Positions 1 to 8,080 of a stretch of DNA of 39,382 nt are shown piece after piece. Source of the DNA: Candidatus Aminicenantales bacterium (GTDB taxonomy: Bacteria > Acidobacteriota > Aminicenantia > Aminicenantales > UBA4085); NCBI GenBank assembly GCA_049515535.1, contig JBEKTZ010000014.1, positions 62,001 through 101,382 on the forward strand, given 5' to 3'. A program made the translations under genes and the position numbers. The notes below the pieces were generated by a model. It was not told where the DNA came from. It saw nothing but the letters and a program-made list of their open reading frames with translations, and made no database searches. Within the stretch, counting starts at the first letter, position 1; each line of letters starts with the position of its first letter.

Positions 1-165
1 GGGATAAAGGACTTCCGCTCCCCGGTAGGCCGATTTCCCGATTTCGCACATCCCGATGCAGCCGTCCACGCAGGTGACGCACATCCCGCTGAGGGAGCTG
101 ATCGATCCTTCGGTCCTGTTCTTGGTTAAAGTCGCCGCACTCCGATTCAATTTCGTATAAGACAT
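1..165 (-). CDS. FMN-binding glutamate synthase family protein (GltB2-like, stand-alone synthase domain), 5' part only; runs off the window
   Basis: Not in the ORF track. Manual translation from ATG 165 gives MSYTKLNRSAATLTKNRTEGSISSLSGMCVTCVDGCIGMCEIGKSAYRGAEVLYP. The N-x-S-x-AT...SGMC-x2-C-x3-C-x3-CEIG-x-SA-x-RG-x-EVLYP pattern resembles the N-terminus of clostridial/archaeal FMN glutamate-synthase-related proteins. Strong SD AAGGAGGT at 173-180. Confidence 0.75.
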   Translation of the reverse strand, partial: MSYTKLNRSAATLTKNRTEGSISSLSGMCVTCVDGCIGMCEIGKSAYRGAEVLYP

Positions 166-226
166 GATGATTACCTCCTTATGGTCTTTATTTCCAATTT
201 GACTGTTGCCATGGATTCCCGCGTCG

Positions 227-910
227 TCATTTCTGCTTTTCCTGGACGCACATGCCGCAGCGGCCGGCGTCATACATCCAGCAGGTGAGCTCGCCGTATT
301 CGTCCAGGCACGTCGGTTCGACCTGCAGGCAGGCGTTGCAGATGTCCGTATCCGCGTTCGGGCCGCCGCAGCGGGCCGCGCAGGCCGGACAGACATACAT
401 GCACGCTCCGCAGAGGCGGCACTCCTCGGACCGGATGTCGAACGGCGTCCCGATCTTCCGCTTGTAGCCGCGATTCTGGAAGCCGATCGCCCGGGCGTCC
501 ATTTGCTCGTCGCACATCCGGATGCAGAGGCCGCAGTGAACGCATTCCTCGTTGCGCGGCTTGAACCTCTGCTGGGTGACGCCGAACTTCGAGGCCAGGT
601 CCTGGATCTCCTTCGACATCGGCGCGGTCGAGAGCATGAGCTCGATCATCATCCGCCGCGTCTTGATCACCCGCTTCGTGTCGGTGTGGACGACCAGGCC
701 CTCCTCGGCCGGGTAGGTGCACGACGTGACCAGCTTGGTCTTCGGGCCCTCCCCGATCTCGACGAGGCACAGGCGGCAGCCGCCCCAGGGCGTCAGTCCT
801 TCGTTGTAGCAGAGGGTCGGGATCTCGAGGCCGTAGAAGCGGGCCGTGTCGAGAATCGTCCAGCCGTCCTCCGCCGTCACGTCCAAATTGTTCATCTTGA
901 AAGTGATCAT
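227..910 (-). CDS. Fe-S protein, HoxU/NuoG-N/HydA-N-like ([2Fe-2S] plus 2x[4Fe-4S]) with a Cys-rich C-terminal tail and no catalytic domain
   Basis: IPTLC...GGCRLC...TSC ([2Fe-2S]); CVHCGLCIRMC and CRLCGACMYVCP ferredoxin motifs; 227 aa; start overlaps the upstream stop (ATGA). Confidence 0.85.
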   Translation of the reverse strand: MITFKMNNLDVTAEDGWTILDTARFYGLEIPTLCYNEGLTPWGGCRLCLVEIGEGPKTKLVTSCTYPAEEGLVVHTDTKRVIKTRRMMIELMLSTAPMSKEIQDLASKFGVTQQRFKPRNEECVHCGLCIRMCDEQMDARAIGFQNRGYKRKIGTPFDIRSEECRLCGACMYVCPACAARCGGPNADTDICNACLQVEPTCLDEYGELTCWMYDAGRCGMCVQEKQK

Positions 911-2736
911 CTCGCTCTCTCCACGATCCGGATCGCTTCGTCGCGCAGCGTCTCGATGGCCTCAAACCTGCAGGCCTCGAAGCAGGCGCCGCACTTGATG
1001 CATTTGTCTTGCTCGATCGTGTGGACTTCCTTGAGCGTTCCCCGAATGGCGTCCTTGGGGCACGCTGTTTTGCAGGCCAGGCAGCCCGTGCATCTGTCGG
1101 GGATGACCTCGTACTGGATGAGGGCGAGGCAGACGCCGGCCGGACAACGTTTCTCTTTGATGTGGGTCTCGAACTCCCGTTTGAAGTAGCGAAGGGTCGA
1201 TAGAATGGGATTGGCGGCCGTCTGCCCGAGGCCGCACATGGAGCCGTCCATCGTCGCCGTCGCCAGCTCCTGAAGGAGCTCGATATCGCTCGGTTTCCCT
1301 TGGCCCTCGGTGATGGCTTTGACGATCTCCCACATTCGCTGCGTGCCCTCGCGGCAGGAGACGCACTTGCCGCAGGATTCATCCCGGAGGAAATTGAGGA
1401 AGTACTTGGCGACGTCGACCATACAGGTCTTGTCGTCCATGACGATCATCCCCCCCGAACCCATCATGGCCCCGGCCCCGGTCAGGCTTTCGTAGTCGAT
1501 GGGTAAATCCAGGAGTTTGGCGGGGATACAGCCGCCCGAAGGGCCGCCGATCTGGACCGCCTTGAACTTCCGCCCGTCGGGAATGCCGCCGCCGATGCCG
1601 TAGATGACGTCCCGGAGGCTGATGCCCATCGGCACTTCGACCAGCCCCGTATTGTTGATCTTACCGACGAGCGAGAAAATTTTCGTCCCTTTGCTCGTTT
1701 CCGTCCCGAGGCTCGCAAACCAGGCCGCGCCGCGCCGGATGATGTTGGGGACGGTGGCCCAGGTCTCGACGTTGTTGATCGTCGTCGGCATCCCCATGTA
1801 GCCCTTTTGGGCGGGATAGGGAGGCCGCTGTCGGGGGTTGCCGATTCGGCCCTCCACGGAAGCGATCAGGGCCGTCTCTTCTCCGGAGACGAAGGCCCCC
1901 GCGCCCTGAACGACCTCGACGTCGAAGTTGAACCCGGTGTCGAGGATATTTTTCCCGAGGAGGCCGTAATCCTTCGCCTGACGGATAGCGATCTCCATCC
2001 TCTGCAGGGCCAACGGGTATTCATGCCGGATATAAATGAATCCTTTTTCGACTCCGATCGCTTTGGCCCCGATGACCATTCCTTCAAGAACCGCGTGGGG
2101 ATCGGCCTCGAGGAGGGACCGGTCCATGAAAGCCCCGGGGTCCCCCTCGTCGCCGTTGCAAATGATGTATTTGGGGGTCCTTTTTTCCTTGCGGCAGACC
2201 TCCCATTTCTTTCCCGTCAAAAATCCGGCGCCGCCCCGACCCCGGAGGCCCGAGGCGCTGATCTCGGCGATGATCTCCTCGGGCGTCATCTTCGTCAAAA
2301 CCTTGGCCATCGCTTCGTAGCCTTCGAAGGCGATGTACTCCTCGATCTTTTCCGGATCGATCCGGCCGCGGTTGCGAAGGACGAGGAGCCGCTGGTGTTT
2401 GAAGAACTCGATATCCTTCATTTTGGGGACCGGCGCTTTTTCGGCGGGCGGGACGTACATCAACTTCTTGACCGGACGCCCTTTCAGCAAGTGCTCTTCG
2501 ACGAGGCGCGGGACGTCTTCGACTTTGAGCCGCTGGTAGAAGATCCCCTCCGGTTGAACCAGGAGGATCGGGCCCCGCTCGCAGAATCCGTTGCAGCCCG
2601 TGGCGATAACGAGGACCTCGTTCTGGAGCTTTTTCTTCTGGATTTCTTTTTCGAGGGCCTCTTTGATTTTGAAGGATTCGCAGGAGACGCATCCCGTCCC
2701 GGCGCAAACCAATAAATGAGTGCGATATTTTTTCAA
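907..2736 (-). CDS. NADH-binding flavoprotein subunit, NuoF/HndC/HydB(BfuB)-like
   Basis: N-terminal thioredoxin-like [2Fe-2S] (CAGTGC...GCNGFC), SGLRGRGGAGF, CNGDEGDPGAFMDR, GAGAFVSGEET, GGPSGG, SCGKCVSCREG...CGLG, H-x5-CPAGVC and two C-terminal [4Fe-4S] motifs. Confidence 0.95.
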   Translation of the reverse strand: MKKYRTHLLVCAGTGCVSCESFKIKEALEKEIQKKKLQNEVLVIATGCNGFCERGPILLVQPEGIFYQRLKVEDVPRLVEEHLLKGRPVKKLMYVPPAEKAPVPKMKDIEFFKHQRLLVLRNRGRIDPEKIEEYIAFEGYEAMAKVLTKMTPEEIIAEISASGLRGRGGAGFLTGKKWEVCRKEKRTPKYIICNGDEGDPGAFMDRSLLEADPHAVLEGMVIGAKAIGVEKGFIYIRHEYPLALQRMEIAIRQAKDYGLLGKNILDTGFNFDVEVVQGAGAFVSGEETALIASVEGRIGNPRQRPPYPAQKGYMGMPTTINNVETWATVPNIIRRGAAWFASLGTETSKGTKIFSLVGKINNTGLVEVPMGISLRDVIYGIGGGIPDGRKFKAVQIGGPSGGCIPAKLLDLPIDYESLTGAGAMMGSGGMIVMDDKTCMVDVAKYFLNFLRDESCGKCVSCREGTQRMWEIVKAITEGQGKPSDIELLQELATATMDGSMCGLGQTAANPILSTLRYFKREFETHIKEKRCPAGVCLALIQYEVIPDRCTGCLACKTACPKDAIRGTLKEVHTIEQDKCIKCGACFEACRFEAIETLRDEAIRIVERAR

Positions 2737-2745
2737 GGATCCCTC

Positions 2746-3162
2746 TCAGTATACGGTTTCGCTTCCGATCGCCAGGGCGTATTCGGCCACCAAGCGGCCG
2801 TCCAGGATATGCTTCTCGACGATCTTTCTCATTTTGGCCGGCGTCAGATCGATGTATTTGACGGGCGGCTGGCCTTTGAGCTCGACCGTCGCCATCGGTT
2901 CCCGATTGCAGAACCCGGCGCAACCGGATGTCGTGACGATCATATCCTTGACGCGGCTTTTGCTCAGCTGATCCAGGAGGGCGTCCATGATCTCCCGGGC
3001 TCCGGCGGCGATCCCGCAGGTGCCCATGTGGACCGTGACCTTGCCCCGGCCCTCGCCATCCCGGATGGTCATCAGGGCCTTGGCCTTATCCCGGATTTTT
3101 GCCAAATCCTGGATTTTGAGTTTTTTCTGTTTCACCTTGGACGTTCGCTTTATTTTGGTCAT
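2746..3162 (-). CDS. Thioredoxin-like [2Fe-2S] ferredoxin subunit, HndB/HydD-like
   Basis: VHMGTCGIAAGA and SGCAGFCNREP motifs; lies between the NuoE-like and NuoF-like genes. Confidence 0.88.
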   Translation of the reverse strand: MTKIKRTSKVKQKKLKIQDLAKIRDKAKALMTIRDGEGRGKVTVHMGTCGIAAGAREIMDALLDQLSKSRVKDMIVTTSGCAGFCNREPMATVELKGQPPVKYIDLTPAKMRKIVEKHILDGRLVAEYALAIGSETVY

Positions 3163-3229
3163 ATTCGTCTGATCCTCCTCCTGCCGGGCTGGAAATGCCT
3201 TGTCGTGATTTCGATCAAGGCGACGCGGC

Positions 3230-3733
3230 CTAGGCTTGTTTCGAGGCTTGCGGCTTGGCCTCCGATTTATCCGCTTTTTGATACTTCTTCAGGATCGTGT
3301 TGACTTTCCGGATCGTCGTGTGTCCATGGTAATCCCCATCCACGGTGACGACGGGTCCGATGGCGCAGCAGCCGAGACAGGCGACGGTTTCTAGCGTAAA
3401 CAGGCCGTCCTTTGTCGTTTCCCCGGAGGCGACTTCGAGACGCCGTTCGAATTCTTCCAGGATCCTCGGCCCGCCGCGGACGTGACAGGCCGTTCCCATA
3501 CACACCAAACAGGTGTGTTTTCCCCGCGGCGTGAGGCTGAAGGCGCGGTAGAACGTCGCCACGCCGAAGATATCGATCAACGGCATGGCCAAATCGGTCG
3601 CGACATAGCGGAGGGATTCCGGAGGAAGAAAGGCGTATTCGGCTTGAATATCCAGAAGGATGGCGATCAGATTTTTTTTCAAGCCCTTGTGCCTATGGAT
3701 AATGGATTGGATTTTTTCTTTTTTGACGTTCAA
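3230..3733 (-). CDS. NuoE/HndA/HydC-like [2Fe-2S] subunit
   Basis: VATFYRAF, VCMGTACHVRG, ACLGCCAIGP; TTG start with GGAGG upstream. Confidence 0.93.
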   Translation of the reverse strand: MNVKKEKIQSIIHRHKGLKKNLIAILLDIQAEYAFLPPESLRYVATDLAMPLIDIFGVATFYRAFSLTPRGKHTCLVCMGTACHVRGGPRILEEFERRLEVASGETTKDGLFTLETVACLGCCAIGPVVTVDGDYHGHTTIRKVNTILKKYQKADKSEAKPQASKQA

Positions 3734-3824
3734 AATATTTCCTCCATATCGAGGGATAACGATCGGCGTCGGTTATTTATCGCGACAAAAAGGGAACGTT
3801 TGATGAGCATAAAATAAGACGAGA

Positions 3825-3859
3825 CATATAACAAATCAAATGTGTCTTTGTCAAGTTAT
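3825..3859 (-). promoter_or_regulatory. Sigma70-type promoter of the hndA-like operon, carrying the motif ATAACTTGACA-N12-ATTTGTTAT
   Basis: Perfect TTGACA (3849-3854, minus strand) and a weak TG-n-TATATG -10. The same motif with identical spacing precedes glnA. Confidence 0.6.
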
Positions 3860-3870
3860 TGTTGGCCTTA

Positions 3871-5277
3871 TGTCATTTAAAGATTGAAAGTGGACTGTTT
3901 TTAGCTGATTTAAAGATGAAAAGTGGACTGGGGGGTTCGGCTGTGGTTTAACGTTCTGATAAACAAGGAGGTTATCCCATGGCCAAACAACTGCACAAGT
4001 CGTTCAGCGATCAACAGGTTCGAGTTCTGCTCAAGAGATATGATGACCGGGAGGTTGAGCTGCGACACATCCTGGGGGTCTTGAGGATCGGGAGGAGCCG
4101 CTTCTTTAAGATCCTTAGAGAGTATCGGGATGATCCCGAGGGATTTACGGTCGCTTACCGAAGGACAAACTGTCCTCACAAAATCTCGTCAGAGGTTGAA
4201 CAGAACATCCTCAAGGAGCTCCGGATGGAGAAAAGCCTGATTGAAGCCCCCGAGGTTCCTCTCCGGACCTATAACTACAGCTATATCCGGGACCGGCTCC
4301 GGGATGAGTATCGCCAAGAGGTCTCGGTTCCAACGATCATCAAACGGGCCAAAGAGCACGATTATTATCTCTCCAAGCCCAAAAGGAAGGCTCATGACCG
4401 GGAGGTCCTGACCAACTATGTGGGGGAACTTATCCAACACGACTCGTCCGAGCATAAGTGGGCCCCCGATGCCAAGGTCAAATGGCATCTGATCACGAGC
4501 CTGGACGATCACAGCCGGCTTCTCCTCCATGCCGACTTCGTCGAACGGGAGACCAGCTGGGACCATATCCAAGCCCTGGAAAACGTGGTCCTTCGCTATG
4601 GGGTCCCTTACGCCTACTACACCGACAGCCACTCCATCTTCCGCTTCGTTCAGGGCAGGGACTCGATCTGGAGGAAGCACTATCTCGTGACGGATGATAT
4701 CGATCCACAGTGGAAACAGGTTCTTCAGGAATGCCGGATAGAGCTTCGCTATGCCCTCTCTCCTCAGGCCAAGGGGAAGATCGAACGTCCCTACGGCTGG
4801 CTTCAGGACAGAGTCGTCAGGACATGTTCTCGGGAAAACGTTAAAACCATCGGGCATGCCCGGGAGGTCCTCGGTTTTGAGAAGCACCGCTATAACAACC
4901 GTCAGGTCCACAGCACGACCGGGGAGATCCCAATCGTGAGGTTCCGCAGAGCCCTAAAAGAGAAACGAAGTCTGTTCCGGCCGTTCGAAGTCCCTCCCCC
5001 TTTCCGTTCGACCAAAGACATCTTCTCTCTCAAGGCGGAACGCGTCGTGGATCCGTACCGGAGAATATCGTTCAACAACCTTGAGTTTAAGCTGGATGGT
5101 GTTACGGTTCGCGATAGGGTTCAGCTGCGCATCGTTCCGGACGTGGGACACGGCCTAGCCGAGATCCGGTTCTGGTCTGAAGATCGCCTCGTCGGCATCC
5201 GAAAGATCAAAGCAGACTGCCTGAACTTAGTCCACTTTTAATATTTACGACAGTCCACTTTCAAAATTTAAGTAACC
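3871..5277 (+). mobile_element. Insertion sequence, IS1202/ISNCY (IS481-related) type, about 1.4 kb
   Basis: IRL 3871-3897 TGTCATTTAAAGATTGAAAGTGGACTG versus IRR 5251-5277 (reverse complement GGTTACTTAAATTTTGAAAGTGGACTG), 22/27 identical. Inner AAAGTGGACT repeats at 3908-3930 and 5228-5250. Single DDE transposase; no target duplication seen. Confidence 0.85.
3979..5241 (+). CDS. DDE transposase (integrase core), ISNCY/IS1202-like
   Basis: N-terminal HTH, GELIQHDSSEHKW, DDHSR, YTDSHSIF, SPQAKGKIER; SD AAGGAGG; flanked by inverted repeats. Confidence 0.92.
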   Translation: MAKQLHKSFSDQQVRVLLKRYDDREVELRHILGVLRIGRSRFFKILREYRDDPEGFTVAYRRTNCPHKISSEVEQNILKELRMEKSLIEAPEVPLRTYNYSYIRDRLRDEYRQEVSVPTIIKRAKEHDYYLSKPKRKAHDREVLTNYVGELIQHDSSEHKWAPDAKVKWHLITSLDDHSRLLLHADFVERETSWDHIQALENVVLRYGVPYAYYTDSHSIFRFVQGRDSIWRKHYLVTDDIDPQWKQVLQECRIELRYALSPQAKGKIERPYGWLQDRVVRTCSRENVKTIGHAREVLGFEKHRYNNRQVHSTTGEIPIVRFRRALKEKRSLFRPFEVPPPFRSTKDIFSLKAERVVDPYRRISFNNLEFKLDGVTVRDRVQLRIVPDVGHGLAEIRFWSEDRLVGIRKIKADCLNLVHF

Positions 5278-5355
5278 GGGGGGACCCGGGGGAGCGGCCG
5301 AGCGGATTCTCCCCGGGGAGGGTCGCATGATCGCGGGACGCGGCTTCGCCCGTTC

Positions 5356-6762
5356 CTAGAGGAAAGGCAGGTATTTTCTGGTTTCGTAGTCGCTGACCTG
5401 CTTGTCGAACTCCGAGCCGACGTTTTTCTCGTAATCCGCGATCTCTTCCCGCTTGTTGGCGATGAACCTGGAGAAGATGTGTTCGCCGATGGTCTCGCGG
5501 ACGAGGTCGCTTTTTTCCGCGAGTTTCACCGCTTCCTCGAGGTTCCGCGGAAGGGTCATGATGCTGAACTTCTTCTGCCGGGCGCCGCTCATGTGATAGA
5601 TGTTCTCTTCGACGGCCGGGGGGAGGGGATATTTTTCGCGGATGCCCCGCAAACCGGCGGCGAGCATGACGGCGAAAGCGAGATAGATGTTGCAGCCGGG
5701 ATCGGGCGACCGCAGCTCGATGCGCGTGGCGTTCTCTTTCCCGGGCTGATAACGGGGCACGCGGATGTAGGCCGACCTGTTCCTCTGACCCCAGGCGATA
5801 TATACGGGCGCTTCATAGCCTTCGATCAGGCGCTTGTAGGAATTCACCCAGGGGCTGAAGATCGCGGACGCTTCGCGGGCGTGCTTCATCAGCCCCGCGA
5901 TGTGGGCCCGGGCGGCATCGGACAGCTGATACGCGCCGGCGGGGTCGAAGAACAGGTTCTTGCCGTCTTTCCACATGGACTGGTGGACGTGCATGCCGCT
6001 CCCGTTCTGACCGTTGATGGGTTTGGGCATGAAGGTGGCATAGAGGCCGTGCAGGCGGGCCACGCGTTTGACGATGTAGCGGAAAAGCATCCCCGTGTCG
6101 GCCATGGCTAGAGCGCTCGTATACCGGAGATCGATCTCGTGTTGTCCATGGGCGACCTCGTGGTGGTCGTACTCCGACATGATCCCCATCTTCTTCAACA
6201 GAAGTTGGATCTCCTTGCGAATCTCGCCGTGCCGGCCGGCGAAGAAATAGCCGCCCGTATCGAGCGGGACGGCCTCCTTATCGTTCGAGAAGATGAAGAA
6301 CTCGAACTCCGGGCCGACCTTGAAATCGTCGATCCCGAATTCCTCCCTGGCCCGGCGGAGGGCAAGCCGGAGCCGGTGGCGCGAGTCGCCTTCGTATTGC
6401 GTTCCATCCGGCGTCAGGATATCGCCGAACATGACGGCCTCGCGCCAGGACGTGTCTTCGGCGAAGCCTTTGTACTCCCAGGGCAGGACGCGGAACGTCG
6501 TCGGGTCGGGCTTGATGATGAGGTCGCTCTCCTCGATCCGGACGAAGCCTTCGACCGAGGACCCGTCGAACCCCTTCCCGTCGCGAAAAGCGGACTCGAG
6601 TTCGGCGCTCGGAAAGGAGAAATCCATCGGCCGTCCCAGGATGTCCGGAAAGACGATCCGGATGAATTCGATCTTCCGGGACGGGTCAAGAACCGTCTTC
6701 AGAACTTCCTCTTCGCTCGAAAACCCGAAATTCTTAGGCGATAAATCGCTTCTCATGGACAT
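5356..6762 (-). CDS. glnA: Glutamine synthetase, type I
   Basis: FDGSSVEGF, EESD, GPEFEFF, HHEVAHGQHEI, TFMPKP...NGSGMHVHQS, NSYKRL..GYEAP, WGQRNRS, RIELRSPDP; SD GGGAGG. Confidence 0.93.
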   Translation of the reverse strand: MSMRSDLSPKNFGFSSEEEVLKTVLDPSRKIEFIRIVFPDILGRPMDFSFPSAELESAFRDGKGFDGSSVEGFVRIEESDLIIKPDPTTFRVLPWEYKGFAEDTSWREAVMFGDILTPDGTQYEGDSRHRLRLALRRAREEFGIDDFKVGPEFEFFIFSNDKEAVPLDTGGYFFAGRHGEIRKEIQLLLKKMGIMSEYDHHEVAHGQHEIDLRYTSALAMADTGMLFRYIVKRVARLHGLYATFMPKPINGQNGSGMHVHQSMWKDGKNLFFDPAGAYQLSDAARAHIAGLMKHAREASAIFSPWVNSYKRLIEGYEAPVYIAWGQRNRSAYIRVPRYQPGKENATRIELRSPDPGCNIYLAFAVMLAAGLRGIREKYPLPPAVEENIYHMSGARQKKFSIMTLPRNLEEAVKLAEKSDLVRETIGEHIFSRFIANKREEIADYEKNVGSEFDKQVSDYETRKYLPFL

Positions 6763-6794
6763 GGCGGGCCTCCCGTGGTTAGGCTAATAACCAT

Positions 6795-6871
6795 TAAATA
6801 ACAAATAAAAAATATAAATGTCAAGTTATAATAAATAAAAGTTGACAAACGTTGTAATATCTCGATAATAT
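6795..6871. promoter_or_regulatory. Back-to-back divergent sigma70-type promoters for glnA (-) and lrp (+)
   Basis: Very AT-rich spacer. TTGACA on minus at 6819-6824 and on plus at 6842-6847, the latter followed after 18 nt by TAATAT (6866-6871). Confidence 0.65.
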
Positions 6872-6885
6872 GAAAACATGGAGGT

Positions 6886-7335
6886 TTGCCCACGATCGAC
6901 GAACTCGACCGGAAAATCATCCGGGTCATGAACCGGAACGCACGCAAAAGCTTCCGTGAGATCGCCAAGGACGTCGGCACGTCCGTGACGGCGGTCATTC
7001 ACACCGTGAAGAAACTCGAGAGCGAGGGCGCCATCCAGGGCTATATTCCCGTCATCGATCCCGTCCGCTTCGGCCTGGATTTGATCGCCGCGATCGCGCT
7101 CCGCATCTCCCAGGGGAAGCTCCTGGAAACCCAGAGGAAGATCGCCAGGGATCCGCACGTCACGGCCGTATACGACATCACCGGCGAGTGGGATTCCCTG
7201 GTGATCGCGTATTTCCGGGGGCGGGACGACCTGAACGATTTTCTGAAAAAACTGAACGCCATGAAATACATCGACAGGACCGTGACTCATCTCGTCCTCA
7301 ACAAAGTCAAGGACGAGCGCCGCGTTCCCGTTTGA
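6886..7335 (+). CDS. Lrp/AsnC family transcriptional regulator
   Basis: DELDRKII...NARKSFREIAK HTH and RAM-domain VYDITGEWD. Start uncertain (TTG 6886 or ACG 6892). Confidence 0.93.
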   Translation: MPTIDELDRKIIRVMNRNARKSFREIAKDVGTSVTAVIHTVKKLESEGAIQGYIPVIDPVRFGLDLIAAIALRISQGKLLETQRKIARDPHVTAVYDITGEWDSLVIAYFRGRDDLNDFLKKLNAMKYIDRTVTHLVLNKVKDERRVPV

Positions 7336-7374
7336 AGGGGCGCGGCCGCTCAAGCGACCGCATCGAGATTCCCG

Positions 7375-7420
7375 AAATTCGAGGCCGGGGCCGTTCCTTG
7401 ATTCCGGGCCTCGAATTTTC
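7375..7420 (+). terminator. Hairpin after lrp, possible terminator
   Basis: AAATTCGAGGCC (7375-7386) pairs with GGCCTCGAATTT (7407-7418); large loop and a short U tract. Confidence 0.4.
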
Positions 7421-7421
7421 C

Positions 7422-7449
7422 TTGACAGGCCGCACGTTTGTGACATAAT
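7422..7449 (+). promoter_or_regulatory. Sigma70-type promoter of speD
   Basis: TTGACA (7422-7427), 16-nt spacer ending in TG-n, then CATAAT (7444-7449). Confidence 0.6.
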
Positions 7450-7474
7450 TATTTTTTTTCGAGCGGAGGTCGCC

Positions 7475-7912
7475 ATGCCCAAGAAAGTCTATGTGCCGAT
7501 TGGACATCATTATATCGTCGAAGCGTCCGGCTGCAATTCGAGGGTCATCGGCAGCGTCGAGAAAGTCCAGAACATCCTGGTGAAAGCCGCGGAGATCGCC
7601 GGGGCCAAGGTCTGGGCGATCTCATTCAGCAAGTTTCCTCCGAACGGCGTCAGCGGCGTGGTGGTGATCTCCGAATCGCACATCTCGACCCACACCTGGC
7701 CGGAGATGCGCTACGCGGCGCTGGACATCTATACCTGCGGCAGCCATGTGGATCCCGAGAAAGCCGTCGTCTACGCGCTCGAGGAATTCGGCGCATCGAC
7801 CTCCCACATCACCGAGATAACGCGCGGCATCGACGAGGGCGACTGGAAGTTCTTCCACAGCTTCGTGACCTGGGAAGAGGATTTTAAAAAGCATTTGAAT
7901 AAAACGCCCTGA
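7475..7912 (+). CDS. speD: S-adenosylmethionine decarboxylase proenzyme (short pyruvoyl-dependent class)
   Basis: GVSGVVVISESHISTHTWPE self-cleavage motif and DIYTCG; SD GGAGG. Some homologues decarboxylate Arg or Orn instead. Confidence 0.88.
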   Translation: MPKKVYVPIGHHYIVEASGCNSRVIGSVEKVQNILVKAAEIAGAKVWAISFSKFPPNGVSGVVVISESHISTHTWPEMRYAALDIYTCGSHVDPEKAVVYALEEFGASTSHITEITRGIDEGDWKFFHSFVTWEEDFKKHLNKTP

Positions 7913-8036
7913 AAAAAGCCGCCATCCCCGGCAAAAAAGTAAATATTGTTTACATCCCTTAAACGCCCGATCGAAGATTTTTCCCGAATACCCAACGCGT
8001 CCCCGCCTCTCGTCCCTGTTTTTTGAGCGCATTTCT

Positions 8037-8052
8037 TGGCACAAAAAATGCT
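8037..8052 (+). promoter_or_regulatory. Candidate sigma54 (-24/-12) promoter
   Basis: TGGCACA-AAAA-ATGCT; GG at 8038-8039 and GC at 8050-8051 are exactly 10 nt apart. Confidence 0.55.
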
Positions 8053-8080
8053 TTTCATTGGGTAGAGATGACCGATGAGA

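Noticed and set aside
227..3733. Calling the module an [FeFe]-hydrogenase or respiratory complex I
   Set aside because: No H-cluster motifs, NiFe subunit or membrane nuo genes; only the diaphorase/Fe-S part is present.
3851..3878. Possible dif/Xer site at the IS left junction (some IS1202 elements target these)
   Set aside because: Only TTATGT matches the XerD arm; there is no XerC arm ending in ATAA at 6-bp spacing.
6819..6847. TGTCA...TGACA dyad as a GlnR/TnrA box
   Set aside because: The spacer is 19 nt rather than 7; two divergent -35 hexamers explain it.
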